From NCBI GenBank assembly GCA_026770705.1, contig JANJGN010000022.1, forward strand, positions 14,074,001-14,138,000: DNA of 64,000 bases, read 5' to 3'. The notes beneath the pieces were generated by a model, which worked only from the letters and a program-made list of their open reading frames with translations, ran no database searches and was not told where the DNA came from. Both the position numbers and the translations under genes were made by a program. This document shows, piece by piece, positions 36,601-47,445 of this stretch. The DNA is from Isurus oxyrinchus (taxonomy: Eukaryota). Every line of letters starts with the position of its first letter. Positions within the stretch are counted from its first letter, which is position 1.

Positions 36601-36959
36601 GTTACAGAGCATTAACCAAGCAGGGAAAAGCTGTGTAATTGTAAAAGTGTTGAGTTAACACAGTGTGGCAGAGATATGCACTCTTGAGTGCCCTCTTCAC
36701 TTGTTAGTATTGTACTCATGATGTACACAGGATAAATAGAATTTGTTATAATGTGAACTGTTGGCAGTTTTACTCAAATATTTGAGTGATTGATTTTACT
36801 GCAAATGATTGCAAATGCTTCATATTTGTTTCCAATGTATTTTTTGGGCGAGTTCTCTTGCACTCCTGCAAATCTAATTTATCAAAGTTTGTGGCTGGTT
36901 GTGTTGTCAGGAAGACTCACTGCTTGTTTGATTTGGTATGAAGGAGAGGGTGTTGGGGA

Positions 36960-37400
36960 AATTAATGTGAATTTGCTGAGCGATATTAAATCCAAAATAG
37001 AAGAGTTTGGCTCCAAAGATTAGCTATTCTCTTGTAGTACATTGAGCCAATGGAAATTTCAGTTGGAGCCAAAAATGGTCCCTAGATCCAGTTTGCTCTG
37101 TCAGGTGGACAGCTGTGTGACTGACCAGAACTAATCCAAACTTGTTAGTATTTAAAGGCTTGTAGTTTCTAGAAATGACATTGTTTTGTCATGATTAATA
37201 GAAGGGACTGTCACATCACAATCATCTATTTACTTGTGTGATTCATGTTACTCCAAAAATTATGGCACTGAATCATGACAAATCAGTTTGATTTCTGGTT
37301 TGCATATTTTTATTAGTGAACTGTGATAACAGTAGATGACCTAATCTTCCAATTCACAGTGGAAAGTGTGCATAGATTAATGTGTTTTGAAACACATGGT
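36960..37400 (+). repeat. Diverged direct repeat, copy 1 (partner 39330-39740)
   Basis: GTGAATTTGCTGAGCGATATTAAATCCAAA vs GTGAACTTGCTGAGTGACATTAAATCCAAA; AGCCAATGGAAATTTCAG vs AGCCAGTGGAAATTTCAG; further collinear blocks. Confidence 0.7.
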
Positions 37401-37779
37401 CCACCTGAACTCTTAACAAGAAACCTTTTGTAGTTTATGGATAAGGATTTGTTCTGGGAAGGTTCAACCTTGTTTCTGCAGGGACAGAAAGGGAGCACGT
37501 TGGGAATGCTGTCTTTCTGTTTTGATTTTGGGGGAGTGAGGATGGGTGGTTGAGTTCATATAATTGCTGATTGAGCTGGTTGACTTGATAAGGAAGCCAA
37601 AATGATGTTCTTAGAGCTACAAACGTATAATTATTGCAAAGCGCATTGTTGCTTAGCTGCAAATAATGAAACAGAATAGGAGCTCCGCTGTTTCATTATA
37701 ACACGTTGTCTATTGAATGGTAAATGTACCCAGGATATAGCACCTAAAACATTTTTTGTGTTGTCTCTTTTTTGTACAG

Positions 37780-37929
37780 ATGCTTCCCATGTCGATCACA
37801 GAAGATGCAAGTCAGGGACCTGGCTCCTTATTCCGGCAGCTGGCAGCTTTTCAAGAAGATGATTCTTCATCATCATCATCATCATCCTCCCTCTTTAAAC
37901 TAGGGTGGCTTTCGAGTATGACAAAGTGA
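37780..37929 (+). CDS. COG1: COG1 exon 14 (150 nt including stop)
   Basis: Acceptor TTTTTTGTACAG; MLPMSITEDASQGPGSLFRQLAAFQEDDSSSSSSSSSLFKLGWLSSMTK*. Confidence 0.95.
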   Translation: MLPMSITEDASQGPGSLFRQLAAFQEDDSSSSSSSSSLFKLGWLSSMTK

Positions 37930-37986
37930 TAATGCCAGCATTCAAAACAAAAATGGTGGATGCAAAGTGTGATGCCAATGCACATT

Positions 37987-37992
37987 AATAAA
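37987..37992 (+). terminator. Candidate COG1 polyadenylation signal
   Basis: AATAAA 57 nt after the stop codon, with a GU-rich stretch (TGTTATTGCTGTTGT) downstream. Confidence 0.55.
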
Positions 37993-39329
37993 TACTGTTC
38001 AAAAATATCGACTACCAGCTAACGTAAATGTTATTGCTGTTGTAACTTACAGAAGTACTAATGATGCATTTGTAATCATGGGCAACCACTTTCATGTAAC
38101 TATGATAATCTGTTGCCATTATTAGGATACATATTTTCTAGAAAAGACATCAGTATCATCTGTCCCACAGTACGCCAACTTGGACCTTTATTGAATTGAA
38201 ATATAGATCCATTCCTAATGACACTGAATTAGTTAACCAGACTGGTAACATGAGCATGTCTCTCGGGTGCAGGAGCAGCATTCAATGAATGAATTCTTCA
38301 GCTGTTCACACATGCAGCCATTCTCTTTCAACGTGCAGTTTTTGTCAGTACACATCCATCAAATAGCAAACTTCCATTAGCACTATGGGATATGTAGTCC
38401 TATTTTGATGATGAAGTCTCTTACAATATCTCTCAATGTTTACATCTTCCATTAATAGGGGACAGATGGAAATGAAAGAAAGCTCAGGGGAAGATTTCCT
38501 GTTTCTTCTTTGTAGCAAAACCGTAAATGGAACATAAAAAAATGTTTCAAGATTTCAGTCCAAACAGAAAACAGACTGCCTTTTTTACAAATCACAAAAA
38601 ATGGAATTCTCTCACCAGTAAAATCAACACTAAATAGTTTTCTGCCTGGTTCCCTAAGCTGGCTTGAAGCATTATCTATTTTATTAGTGCCCGTGGAAAT
38701 GGAGAGTTGGATTATTGCCATATGATCATTTTTATACAATAGCGTGCCCAAAGCAACATTGTTAGTGAGACAAGAGGAAAAGCACACTTTCTTGTCTCAT
38801 AACCTCCCAGATGAAGCTGCACTTTCAAATATAGCAGCTAGCAATTTTCCTTAACCATTACATTTTACTGGAATTTCATATCAGAAGGTTGTAAATGGTT
38901 TAGCACTTGAAGTTACAGTCTCTTTGTAACAGATGGATAAATGTTCAAGTTACGTTGCTCTTGAGGGCCTACTGTGAAATTGAAATTTAATCTTGCTTAA
39001 AGTCATTTAAATTCAATGGAACAAAAGCCTTTTTCTGATTGTTGCCTTATGGTTTGACATTGTGTCTCAAAATATGGCAGTATGCAATCTATGCACTAAT
39101 CTTGATGTATTCCACTAATGTTTAGTTTTAAATCGTATGAAATTCTGTAGTTTCTTGGTTGGTTAGTGTTAAATATAGCTCAGGATATAATCAGGGCTAA
39201 ATTATTTATTGGTATATGTTCCTCCTTTGTTATTGGGCAAATATATGTACTCTCAGCCAGAAACTTAATGACCTGAAACTTTATTTCTTATGTATCTGAA
39301 TTGATTTTCTGACGAGGAATATGTTGGGT

Positions 39330-39740
39330 ACGAGTGAACTTGCTGAGTGACATTAAATCCAAACTTTGAATTGATTAGCATAAGCCAGTGGAAATTTCAG
39401 ATTTAACCAAGACTGATACCAGTTTGTATCTGCACTGTGTGGTGAACAGCCATGTTATTGACTAGAAATAATTCAAACTTCATAGTATGTAAGCTGTCAC
39501 CAGAAGCTGAAAACCTTTGTTACTGACTTAAAATAAATGAAAGGGGTAGTTCCAAATTGTTTTATTCCTAAAATTATAATCAAACAGGGCTTCTATATTA
39601 TTAAATTACAAAATCTATAATCCTTTTTCACAGTGTCAAGTATGGGTAAGTTGGATGCTTTGAAACACAAGTAGAAAATATTTCTACCCAGTTTTGAGCC
39701 AGCAGAGGGAGTGTGGCCACAATGTACGCCTGAACTCACA
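39330..39740 (+). repeat. Diverged direct repeat, copy 2 (partner 36960-37400)
   Basis: See copy 1; offset about 2.37 kb. Confidence 0.7.
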
Positions 39741-41077
39741 TCTGAGACCAGCCTGAAATTCTTAGTACGTTTTAAATTCAAAAAGGTACTTAAAATGCAC
39801 ACTCAGCTACTTACATAAACTATTTATTACAGAGTTCTTAATGAGACCCTGGTGAAATAAAATCTCATTCTTACTAAGAGCAAAACATCTTGGAAGTACA
39901 AGGAGCCTAAAGGAGAACAGCTTGTCAGTGGAATAAAAAAATTCCCTTTTCCCATTATTTTTGCAAATAATGGCTGTCACTGCTTTGTAATTCCCTTTGA
40001 AACTTGTTCTGACCAGATTTCCCATTGTGCAACTGGAGAAAATTCTTGTTCATCGATAAATTGATCTCCGGCTGTATGCCAACACAGGGTGATGAAAGAA
40101 AGATAGTACTGCTGTCATTAGTAAATTAAAAACTGATCTTGTAGTTACTGATGATGTCTGAGGAGTAGCATGTAAAACGAGGGGGAAGAGATAGCGTGTA
40201 GGAGTGGCAAGGATGGAACATTGTGGTATGCTGGAGGTAACTTAAATAAGATACTGCTGGAGATGTTTTGGGCAACTATAAATAATCAGGAATTTAAGGT
40301 GATCATACATATCCCATGTATCTTTAGGGATCCAAATTTGAGTCCCACAATCCTTGCATTTAGTATTGAAGCTCAGGATATATGGTAGTGATGGAGGTGG
40401 TAAGAAGTCAAAGGAGGTTGTTGGTCTTTCAAGAGTTCATGGTTTGCTTAGCCTTAAGGATGATCCCTGAGTAGTAGGTCAATTTAGGCTTGGAGAAATT
40501 ACCATAATAAACATTTAAACTGAAGCTTTAGTCCTGCAAATCAGATTATAACAGCAAGTTTCTCTGAGTTCAAATTCTTTCAGTGGTTTGCACATGTGTA
40601 ACTGCTTAATATGAGTAGTCAAACAAGCATAAAAAACATGAAACCAGGGCATTTCCTCAAACTAACTCATTTTTTCAATCGTTCAGCCCCACCCCCCCCA
40701 CCCCCAAAATCCTAGACACAACTATTTTTACTTGTCTAAATGGCTTCCTTTTGTCATGCATAGGTATTGACAGCTAAAACCAGTATCACACCCTCCATCA
40801 AAAATCCTACCCTCCCATTGTGTATTTTCTATCATCCCACATCTAACCTTCCTGACCTAGTGTTCATCTCCCAAAATTTATTCTGAAAATCTCTAGTCTG
40901 GTTTCTGTCTTGTTCACAGCATCAACTGCCTTAGTTATCCCTATGATGTTGTTAACTGTTGTAATCCTTTTTCACCTCCTTATTGCTTATCAGTAAGCTT
41001 TTTCCTCAATTGATTTCCCCTCTCTAGTGCACTGTCTTCCTGCTGTCTATCATCCAACTGAGGCCCCACCTACCCTA

Positions 41078-41200
41078 ATAAGAATCATAAGAAATAGGAA
41101 CAGTAGGCCAGTTGGCTCATTGAGGCTGCTCCGCCATTCAACAAAATCACAGCTGATCTTCTACCTCAACTCCATCTTCCCACTCTATCTCCATATCTGT
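41078..41200 (-). mobile_element. CR1-type 3' tail, inverted
   Basis: ATAAGAATCATAAGAAATAGGAACAGTAGGCC is the reverse complement of the tail at 3340-3363; another copy near 43945-44030. Confidence 0.7.
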
Positions 41201-42049
41201 TCTCTTCAGTATATTTATCTCTAATGGACTTTACTACCTGCTCCCTTGATCTCTTCTAATACAGGCTTTTCACCTTCCAGCTTCGTATCCGTAGTCCCAT
41301 GCTTGTCTACTTTTCCATTAGCGATTACCCTCCTTCAGGCCCACTTGTTATATCTCTGAGAAATCTCTCCATAGATTTTTCACTACCTATGATTGCCGAG
41401 TAACAATTATGAGGTTTATAAGATTATGTTTTGGACTGTGTCCTAAAATAAAGGTTAAAATGAAGAGGGTCATGTGACTATTCCAAATCCTTCTTGACAA
41501 CAAGCCTAGCTAAGTCAAGGGACCTGCTGAGCAAGGTGTGAAGTTCTCATGCCTGGGAACAAAAGTCAAGGATAGCTGCGTTAACAGTAGAAAGACTTGC
41601 TGGCTCCAAGTTTTTGGGTTGAAGAAGAAAAAAAGAACTGCAGTTGGTGTGATCAGCAGAGAGAAGAGGCTGCTGTGTCAGCTATCCAAGATGGATGCGG
41701 AAAGGAGACAGTTTCTATTTGAAGAGATGCATTATGCAGCCATCTAAGGAATTTAGGAGATGGAGTGGCCAGGGGGGAATCACCAGAGTGAACCTTACTG
41801 CTGGTAGTGGGTTCAGGAAACTTTGAAAATTGAGGGAAGTGCCTGGATATGGTCACTTGAAGTTACTACTTAGTGAAATGGGCAAACGTGAACCCATTGG
41901 AAGTAAATGTTATCAGTTTCTACAGGAATCATAACTGCCCTATCTCAACTTTTCCAAATTAGTGGTGTATTGTCTTGCAGTTATGCTTCCACATATAAGT
42001 TGATCACATCTAACTTTATCTCTCTGCCTCTTCCATCAATCCAAAGGCT

Positions 42050-42700
42050 GCTGCTATAATCTGCGACTGCTTAACTGATGTTCAGATCTTACGTGAGCCA
42101 AAATGACTCCAGCTTAGTCTTGGCAAAACTGAAGTCATCCGTTTTGATTCCCACTAAAATCTATTTGTCACTGACCTTGACTTCCTAGTTGGCAACCCAA
42201 GAGAGTCGAAGAGATGCAGAATCTTAGCAAACTGCTTGACTTTGAGTTCATTTTCTTAGCCCACATCTCTATTACTAAGATCACTTTTTCATCTTTGGAA
42301 AATTGACTGCCTCCAGCTTCATGACTCAGTCCCTGCTTACATCACTTGGAGGCTTTATTTCTTTAATGCACTCCTTGCATTTCTCCCTGCATCAGCATTC
42401 CCTCAACTCATTGAAGCTTTGACAGCCCATGTCCACACCCACACTTTCCAATGCCCTGTCTAATCTCCTCTGCACCTGTGCGTTGTTCTCCTTGTTTAAT
42501 CTCACCAAGTCCATGTCACACAAATTCAGTGATTTCTCTCCTGCCTTATACACTCATAACACGAGGCTTCTCCTTATCCCTACTACCATTGGTGGCCCTT
42601 ATTCAGCCTATTGCATTTTTTTCCTTCGCCTTACCTCTTTACTCTCTATGTGCCTGAAAACCTCCTCAAAACCCCTCATCATTCCTTTGTTTCCCTTTCT
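42050..42700 (+). mobile_element. L2-type LINE fragment, old
   Basis: CLTDVQ...LSLGKTEVI..F..., NL...LDFEF remnants on a C/T-rich strand. Confidence 0.55.
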
Positions 42701-44189
42701 ATTTCTCCCTCCCCCTACCTCTGGTTAGTTTCTGGTCCAACTCATGTTCAAATAATATGAAGCATCTTTCTTGTAAGGAGCAGGAAAGAAATACAAGCTG
42801 ATACTCAGAAGAGAACAGCAGAAATTTTTAAAAATGCATTCTTTTTTACAATTACCATCTGTATGTTCTCTATATGCAGAAATTTCTCTCTCTTGCATCA
42901 GGTGTCATCTCAATTTATTCATTCTTTTCACGAGATGTGAGGCACTGCTAGCTACATTTGTTGCCCATCCTTAATTGCTGTGGTGAGCCAAACTGTACTC
43001 AAAACTATATTGCTTAACATTTGCCTTTGTAAAATTCATGTTCCTCTATGAAAATGTAAAATGCCTCCCCCTTGGGCTTCTCTGCACATAGTGCATGGTG
43101 TTTTTTCCCCAGATTACTGCCTGGATACGTGCTTGTTATGACAGTGAAAGAGTTTTATCACATGGCATCACCTTAAATTACATCTGGTTTATGGCTTAGA
43201 CTGCCAATCTGTTTTTACAATATCTGCACGTGTACACCAGTTCTTTGCTAATTTATTCTCACCTATTCTTTGCATTTTCCTCCATTGTTCCCAAGATCCT
43301 TTACAGAAAATTGTCTCATATTTATACTTAACTGTTTCTTTTGTACCATTTTTTTCTTTCCTATATGCATCCACTTTACATGCAGTGGTTTTTACCTTGT
43401 TTCTCTTTTATATAGTTTGTTTTGGATAGGAAAAATGCTGTTCTCCTTTACTTTCAACATAAACAGGCTTGTTCAGTAAAAACCTGAAGTTGCCAACATT
43501 TGATCTTTGTAGAATGTTCTTGCTACTGTTCACATTTTGGTTCCCATGGCCTTTCTGCATCATAGAACTATTCCCTGCAGGAGAGAGTGGCCAAAAGGCA
43601 CCAGCTGCCAGCTCTTCCAACTGCTGCTCTTGATCTTGCCACTAGGAGGTGTGCAAGTTTCCTTAGTGACCTGATCTTTCCATTTCCCCTCCTTTTCTGT
43701 GAGGAAGGCCCTAAACTACTAAACATTCATACAGCCAGCTGCGACAGTATCAAGATCAGAAATATTAAGTTACTCATTGAAAAAATAAACTTTATAGGTA
43801 TTTCTGGGAACAATTCCAGCTATATCTGTATTGTGGTAAACTAATAATCGTGTCTGCACTTGTTTTTCTTTCTTCCATACACTGATGGAACTATGTAGCC
43901 AGATGACTGCCTTCTATATTTACATCAACAGTATGAGTTAATATAAGAGGAGTAGGTCATACATCCCTTTAAGCCTGCTCCACCATTCAATAAGAGCACC
44001 TCAAATCCACTTTTCCTGCCTCATCTCCTGCTTCCTTTGATGTCCAAAATCATACTAAGTTGCCATTGAGATGCATATTCCACAGGTAGAATGCAGATTA
44101 AGTCAGGGGTTGCTTTTATTTTCGACCTTCTATCCCTTGCCTCTGCTTATGGTGAAGCATAGATGTAGAGTGCACAGATAGCAAGGACT

Positions 44190-44428
44190 CATGTAAATCA
44201 TTGAAAATTTACAACACAGGAGGAAACCATTTGAACCATCATGTCTGTGCCAGTTGATAAAGAGCTGCCCAGTCTAATTGCACCAGCCTGAGCGAGGTCC
44301 TCAACCTCACAGGTCAGGGCTCTTCAAGTAGACATCCAGATATCTTTTAAACATCTCGTGAGTTTCTGCCTCTACCACCCTTTCAGGTAGTGAACTCCAT
44401 GTCCCTACCACCATCTGGGTGAAAAAAT
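44190..44428 (-). mobile_element. CR1-type LINE 3' fragment, inverted
   Basis: Reverse complement reads FFTQMVVGTWSSLPERVVEAE, followed by the 3' tail. Confidence 0.75.
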
Positions 44429-46833
44429 GAAGTGAAGTGACTCAGTGACCATAGTCTGATCACCCCACTGTCAGCTACCCATCCTACAAAGTATTCAAAA
44501 CGGCCTTCAAAAATCCTTTCGAAAAATTTTGAAGATGCCTGAATTTTGCAAATTCAGTAGTGGGCCTTTTATTTCCAAATGACTATTTGGCAGATTCAGT
44601 AATGCAATTTCCTCAGGATGTTCTCACAAGCACAGCCTTCATCCTTTTTCAGAGTTACTGTCACAAGTTGTTAATGTGGAATTAAATTTCACAGTTACAG
44701 GAAAAGCTGCCTGAACCAAATCCACAATTACAGCACTTCCATTATGTATGTTTTTACATTATACTGACATTTCAACTGGGACCACAGTCCAATACTTTTA
44801 ATTGCTCTACACACCGGGTCTAAAAATGTGTTTTTTTTAAAAGAAAGGATGTGTTTGGATTTAACTTAAAGTATTCACCTGCTGTACTTACATAAATGTG
44901 TCCAAAGCGAAACTCTTAAAACAAGATTTTTTGCTGAGTTTTTTTTTAATTCTCAATTTAAAACTGTTCCTGTCTGTAGCAATGTGACGCCAGTGTCGTG
45001 AGAGAGCACGAACAGATTCCTTAAAGGAGTAAATAGCTGCATTCTATGTGGAAGTATTCACTTTTAATCTTAATTTCCTGTGTAGCTGAAAAGATGATAA
45101 TAAATCAATGCCAGCTAAGCATTAGAGAGGTTTTCGGTATTAAATATAATTGGGAAAAAAAGATTTTCCAGGATGCAGCATGAATCACGCCTCTAGTCAG
45201 GTACAATGTACGCTACTAAGATAGCTGTATGGATAACTGGAATACTTCCTGTACACTTATCCAAATTAGATAACAATTGCCCAAATAACATGTAATTATT
45301 GATGTATTTTCTATCATTGGACATTAAACGTATTTAATTATTACTGTAATCAAATACTCATTTTGAACAGTGTCTACTATCAATTGGTTTTCTCTTATTT
45401 CTGACACCTCAAATTCTAGATTGGTTCCCAAATATTGAGCGAGATTCTGAATGAACTCCCTAGTTTCAGAAACGTATGAACAGACTTGTTGAGGACTTTG
45501 TGCGTCAGACTGATTACCCATCTGACTGAATGGAAAACTCAAATGGTGCCACCAAAAAAAATTAATGTCATTTTTAATGATATAATTAAAATACATTTGT
45601 ACCACTAAGTGCACCAGTTTAATTCCATTCTTAATGGGATAATAAAATGATATATAATGACAGGAGTTCCGGTTCAAATTCCATTTTATGGTCCTTAGGT
45701 AGGCTGGTAAGAAAGTCAGTAAATGGGGTTAGTTGTGATTATTTATCAGCTGTTGTATTGGTAGCTTATGCTCCTAACAAACATATATATATTGTATTTA
45801 CTTAATGTGTATAGGATGGTGTGTGTATATTTGGTAAGGACGGTCCTTTAGGTTTGACTGGTTACACTCTTCTCCATCAACTCAGTATTGAGGCATTAAA
45901 AAACTACAGAGCATCTAGTCTTTAAATGTTGGCTTTGATTTTAACTAAATCATTGTCATGGCAACAACTTAGACTTTGCTATTCTATTGCAAAAACAGCA
46001 TTTTCTTCTTTGCTGCTCTTTTGGAATAACAGTGTCTTTTTTTAAAAAAAAATGCAATCTTTATTAGGGTACAAATAGCTATCCTGCTGCCCACTCCCTC
46101 TTCTAAAGCAGGCCACATATTATCTGTAGCCAATAAAATCTCAAGTTTCCTCCTGTGCTACACAGCAGACTGAAAATAATTACATTTTTTTAACCCTTAG
46201 ACCCTGCATCGCTGATTACAGCAACTCACTAATGTCAGGAATTGGAATTATCCCCAGCAGACCAGACAGCATAGCACATTAAATTCACAGAAAATGACTG
46301 ATGCCTATTTTGCCCTTACCATGTTTTACATCTCTTGTACGTTAAAGGAGAATACATTTTCCAGCTTCTTTGTAGGAAGCAGTTTGTCAAAGCTCGATGT
46401 TTAAGAGAGCCTGATACCACATTTGAAGACTTGCAGGTGGTTCACTGATTTTTAAAAAAAAATAATCCCTCCATGCAAATATGCAATGCATCCTGAACAG
46501 TGCAAGAAAAACAACTGGCACCGAACGCCGCCACTTAACTAATCAGCCAAAATATTCTGTTCCAGGGGAGTAAACAGTAACACGTACAGGCCTGGTCACA
46601 CTGTCCTGAGCTGCACGGAACGGAACCAAGCCCCCAGCAGAAGAATCATGTGTCCAAACCCCCCCTCTTGATGTGCAAAAGTTAACAAAATGCATGGGGC
46701 TGAAGTTAATGGTCTGGGATTGAAAATCGGTGCCGAGCTGTTAATTCACGAACGGCTTGTGCTGCGCGGTCTGGACCCTGGACTGGGGTTGCGCTGAATT
46801 CTCCCACCTCCCCACCACCCAAAAGGCATCTAT

Positions 46834-46856
46834 TGTGTGTGTGTGTGTGTGTGTGT
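46834..46856 (+). repeat. (TG)11 microsatellite in the MAP2K6 promoter region
   Basis: Seen directly. Confidence 0.95.
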
Positions 46857-47086
46857 ATGCACTTATAAGCGGCCGGTGCTTTCGGCGCAGCAGCGTGCAG
46901 CGCCTGCAAGTACGCCTCCCTGCAATGGCTCTCCCGCCGCCTTCACCCACTTAAGAGTTCGAGATAAAGTTGCTGCTCCATGAAGACTACAGCTCCCACA
47001 ATGCTTTCCTCGCCAAAGCAGCAGGAAGAACGTGATGACACGCTGAGAAGTTTGGAGCTGGTGAACTCAGCTCCGGCCGATCATGT

Positions 47087-47117
47087 AGCAGCAGCAGCAA
47101 GCAGCAGCAGCAGCAGC
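47087..47117 (+). repeat. Interrupted (AGC)n repeat in the 5'UTR
   Basis: AGCAGCAGCAGCAAGCAGCAGCAGCAGCAGC seen directly. Confidence 0.9.
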
Positions 47118-47426
47118 TCCGTAATTACCGAACAGCTCTTTTTTTTTTTGCATTTGCAAATCTTCGCTGTTTGCAGCTTGCTTCCGAGTTGTGCAACCGG
47201 CCATTCCCTCTGCAATAGCTGGGCAGCTGCAGAAAACAAACAAACAAACAAAAAAAATCGCTCAGGATTCCCAGGTGGATGAAAATTGGGAGGCACCAAT
47301 CTTTTTGCATCTTTGTTGCAAAGCTGAAAAGGCAAAGTCTTTTGTGATCCCCTCCCCCCCCACCACCCCCCACCCATCACCCACCACCCCCCTCCCAGCA
47401 GGGGGGGGAAAAAAAAAGGAAAAAAA

Positions 47427-47445
47427 ATGTCGCTGTCAAGAGGAG
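47427..47445 (+). CDS. MAP2K6: MAP2K6 (MKK6) first coding exon, 19 nt, MSLSRG + phase 1; exon 2 not found in the window
   Basis: AAAATGTCGCTGTCAAGAGGAG|GTAAGG; compare the human start MSQSKG in a very short phase 1 first exon followed by a large intron; supported by the 5'UTR similarity. Confidence 0.8.

Larger units (their letters stand above)
6050..37929 (+). other. COG1: COG1 gene span (conserved oligomeric Golgi complex subunit 1), 14 coding exons, 988 aa
   Basis: Exons of 315+245+182+171+157+211+801+147+162+128+109+110+79+150 = 2967 nt splice in frame. N-terminal EIEQKKEELRQMVGERYRDLIEAADTI and C-terminal SLFKLGWLSSMTK are characteristic of vertebrate COG1. Confidence 0.97.
46700..47426 (+). 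promoter_or_regulatory. MAP2K6: MAP2K6 promoter and 5'UTR (about 47045-47426) with two uORFs
   Basis: CpG-enriched. Blocks AAGTTTGGAGCT, ATCATGTAGC, TTGCATCTTTGTTGCAAA, AAGGCAAAGTCTTTTGTG-TCCCCTCCCCC match my recollection of the human MAP2K6 5'UTR in the same order. Confidence 0.75.

Noticed and set aside
40089-40161. GTGATGA...CTGA spaced like a C/D box snoRNA
   Set aside because: No terminal stem, intergenic, within an old LINE-like remnant, no recognisable guide sequence.
41410-41930. Purine-rich segment with an LTR-like look
   Set aside because: No TG...CA termini, TSD or partner copy identifiable.
46864-46868. TATAA as the MAP2K6 TATA box
   Set aside because: About 180 nt upstream of the inferred conserved transcript start; spacing does not fit.
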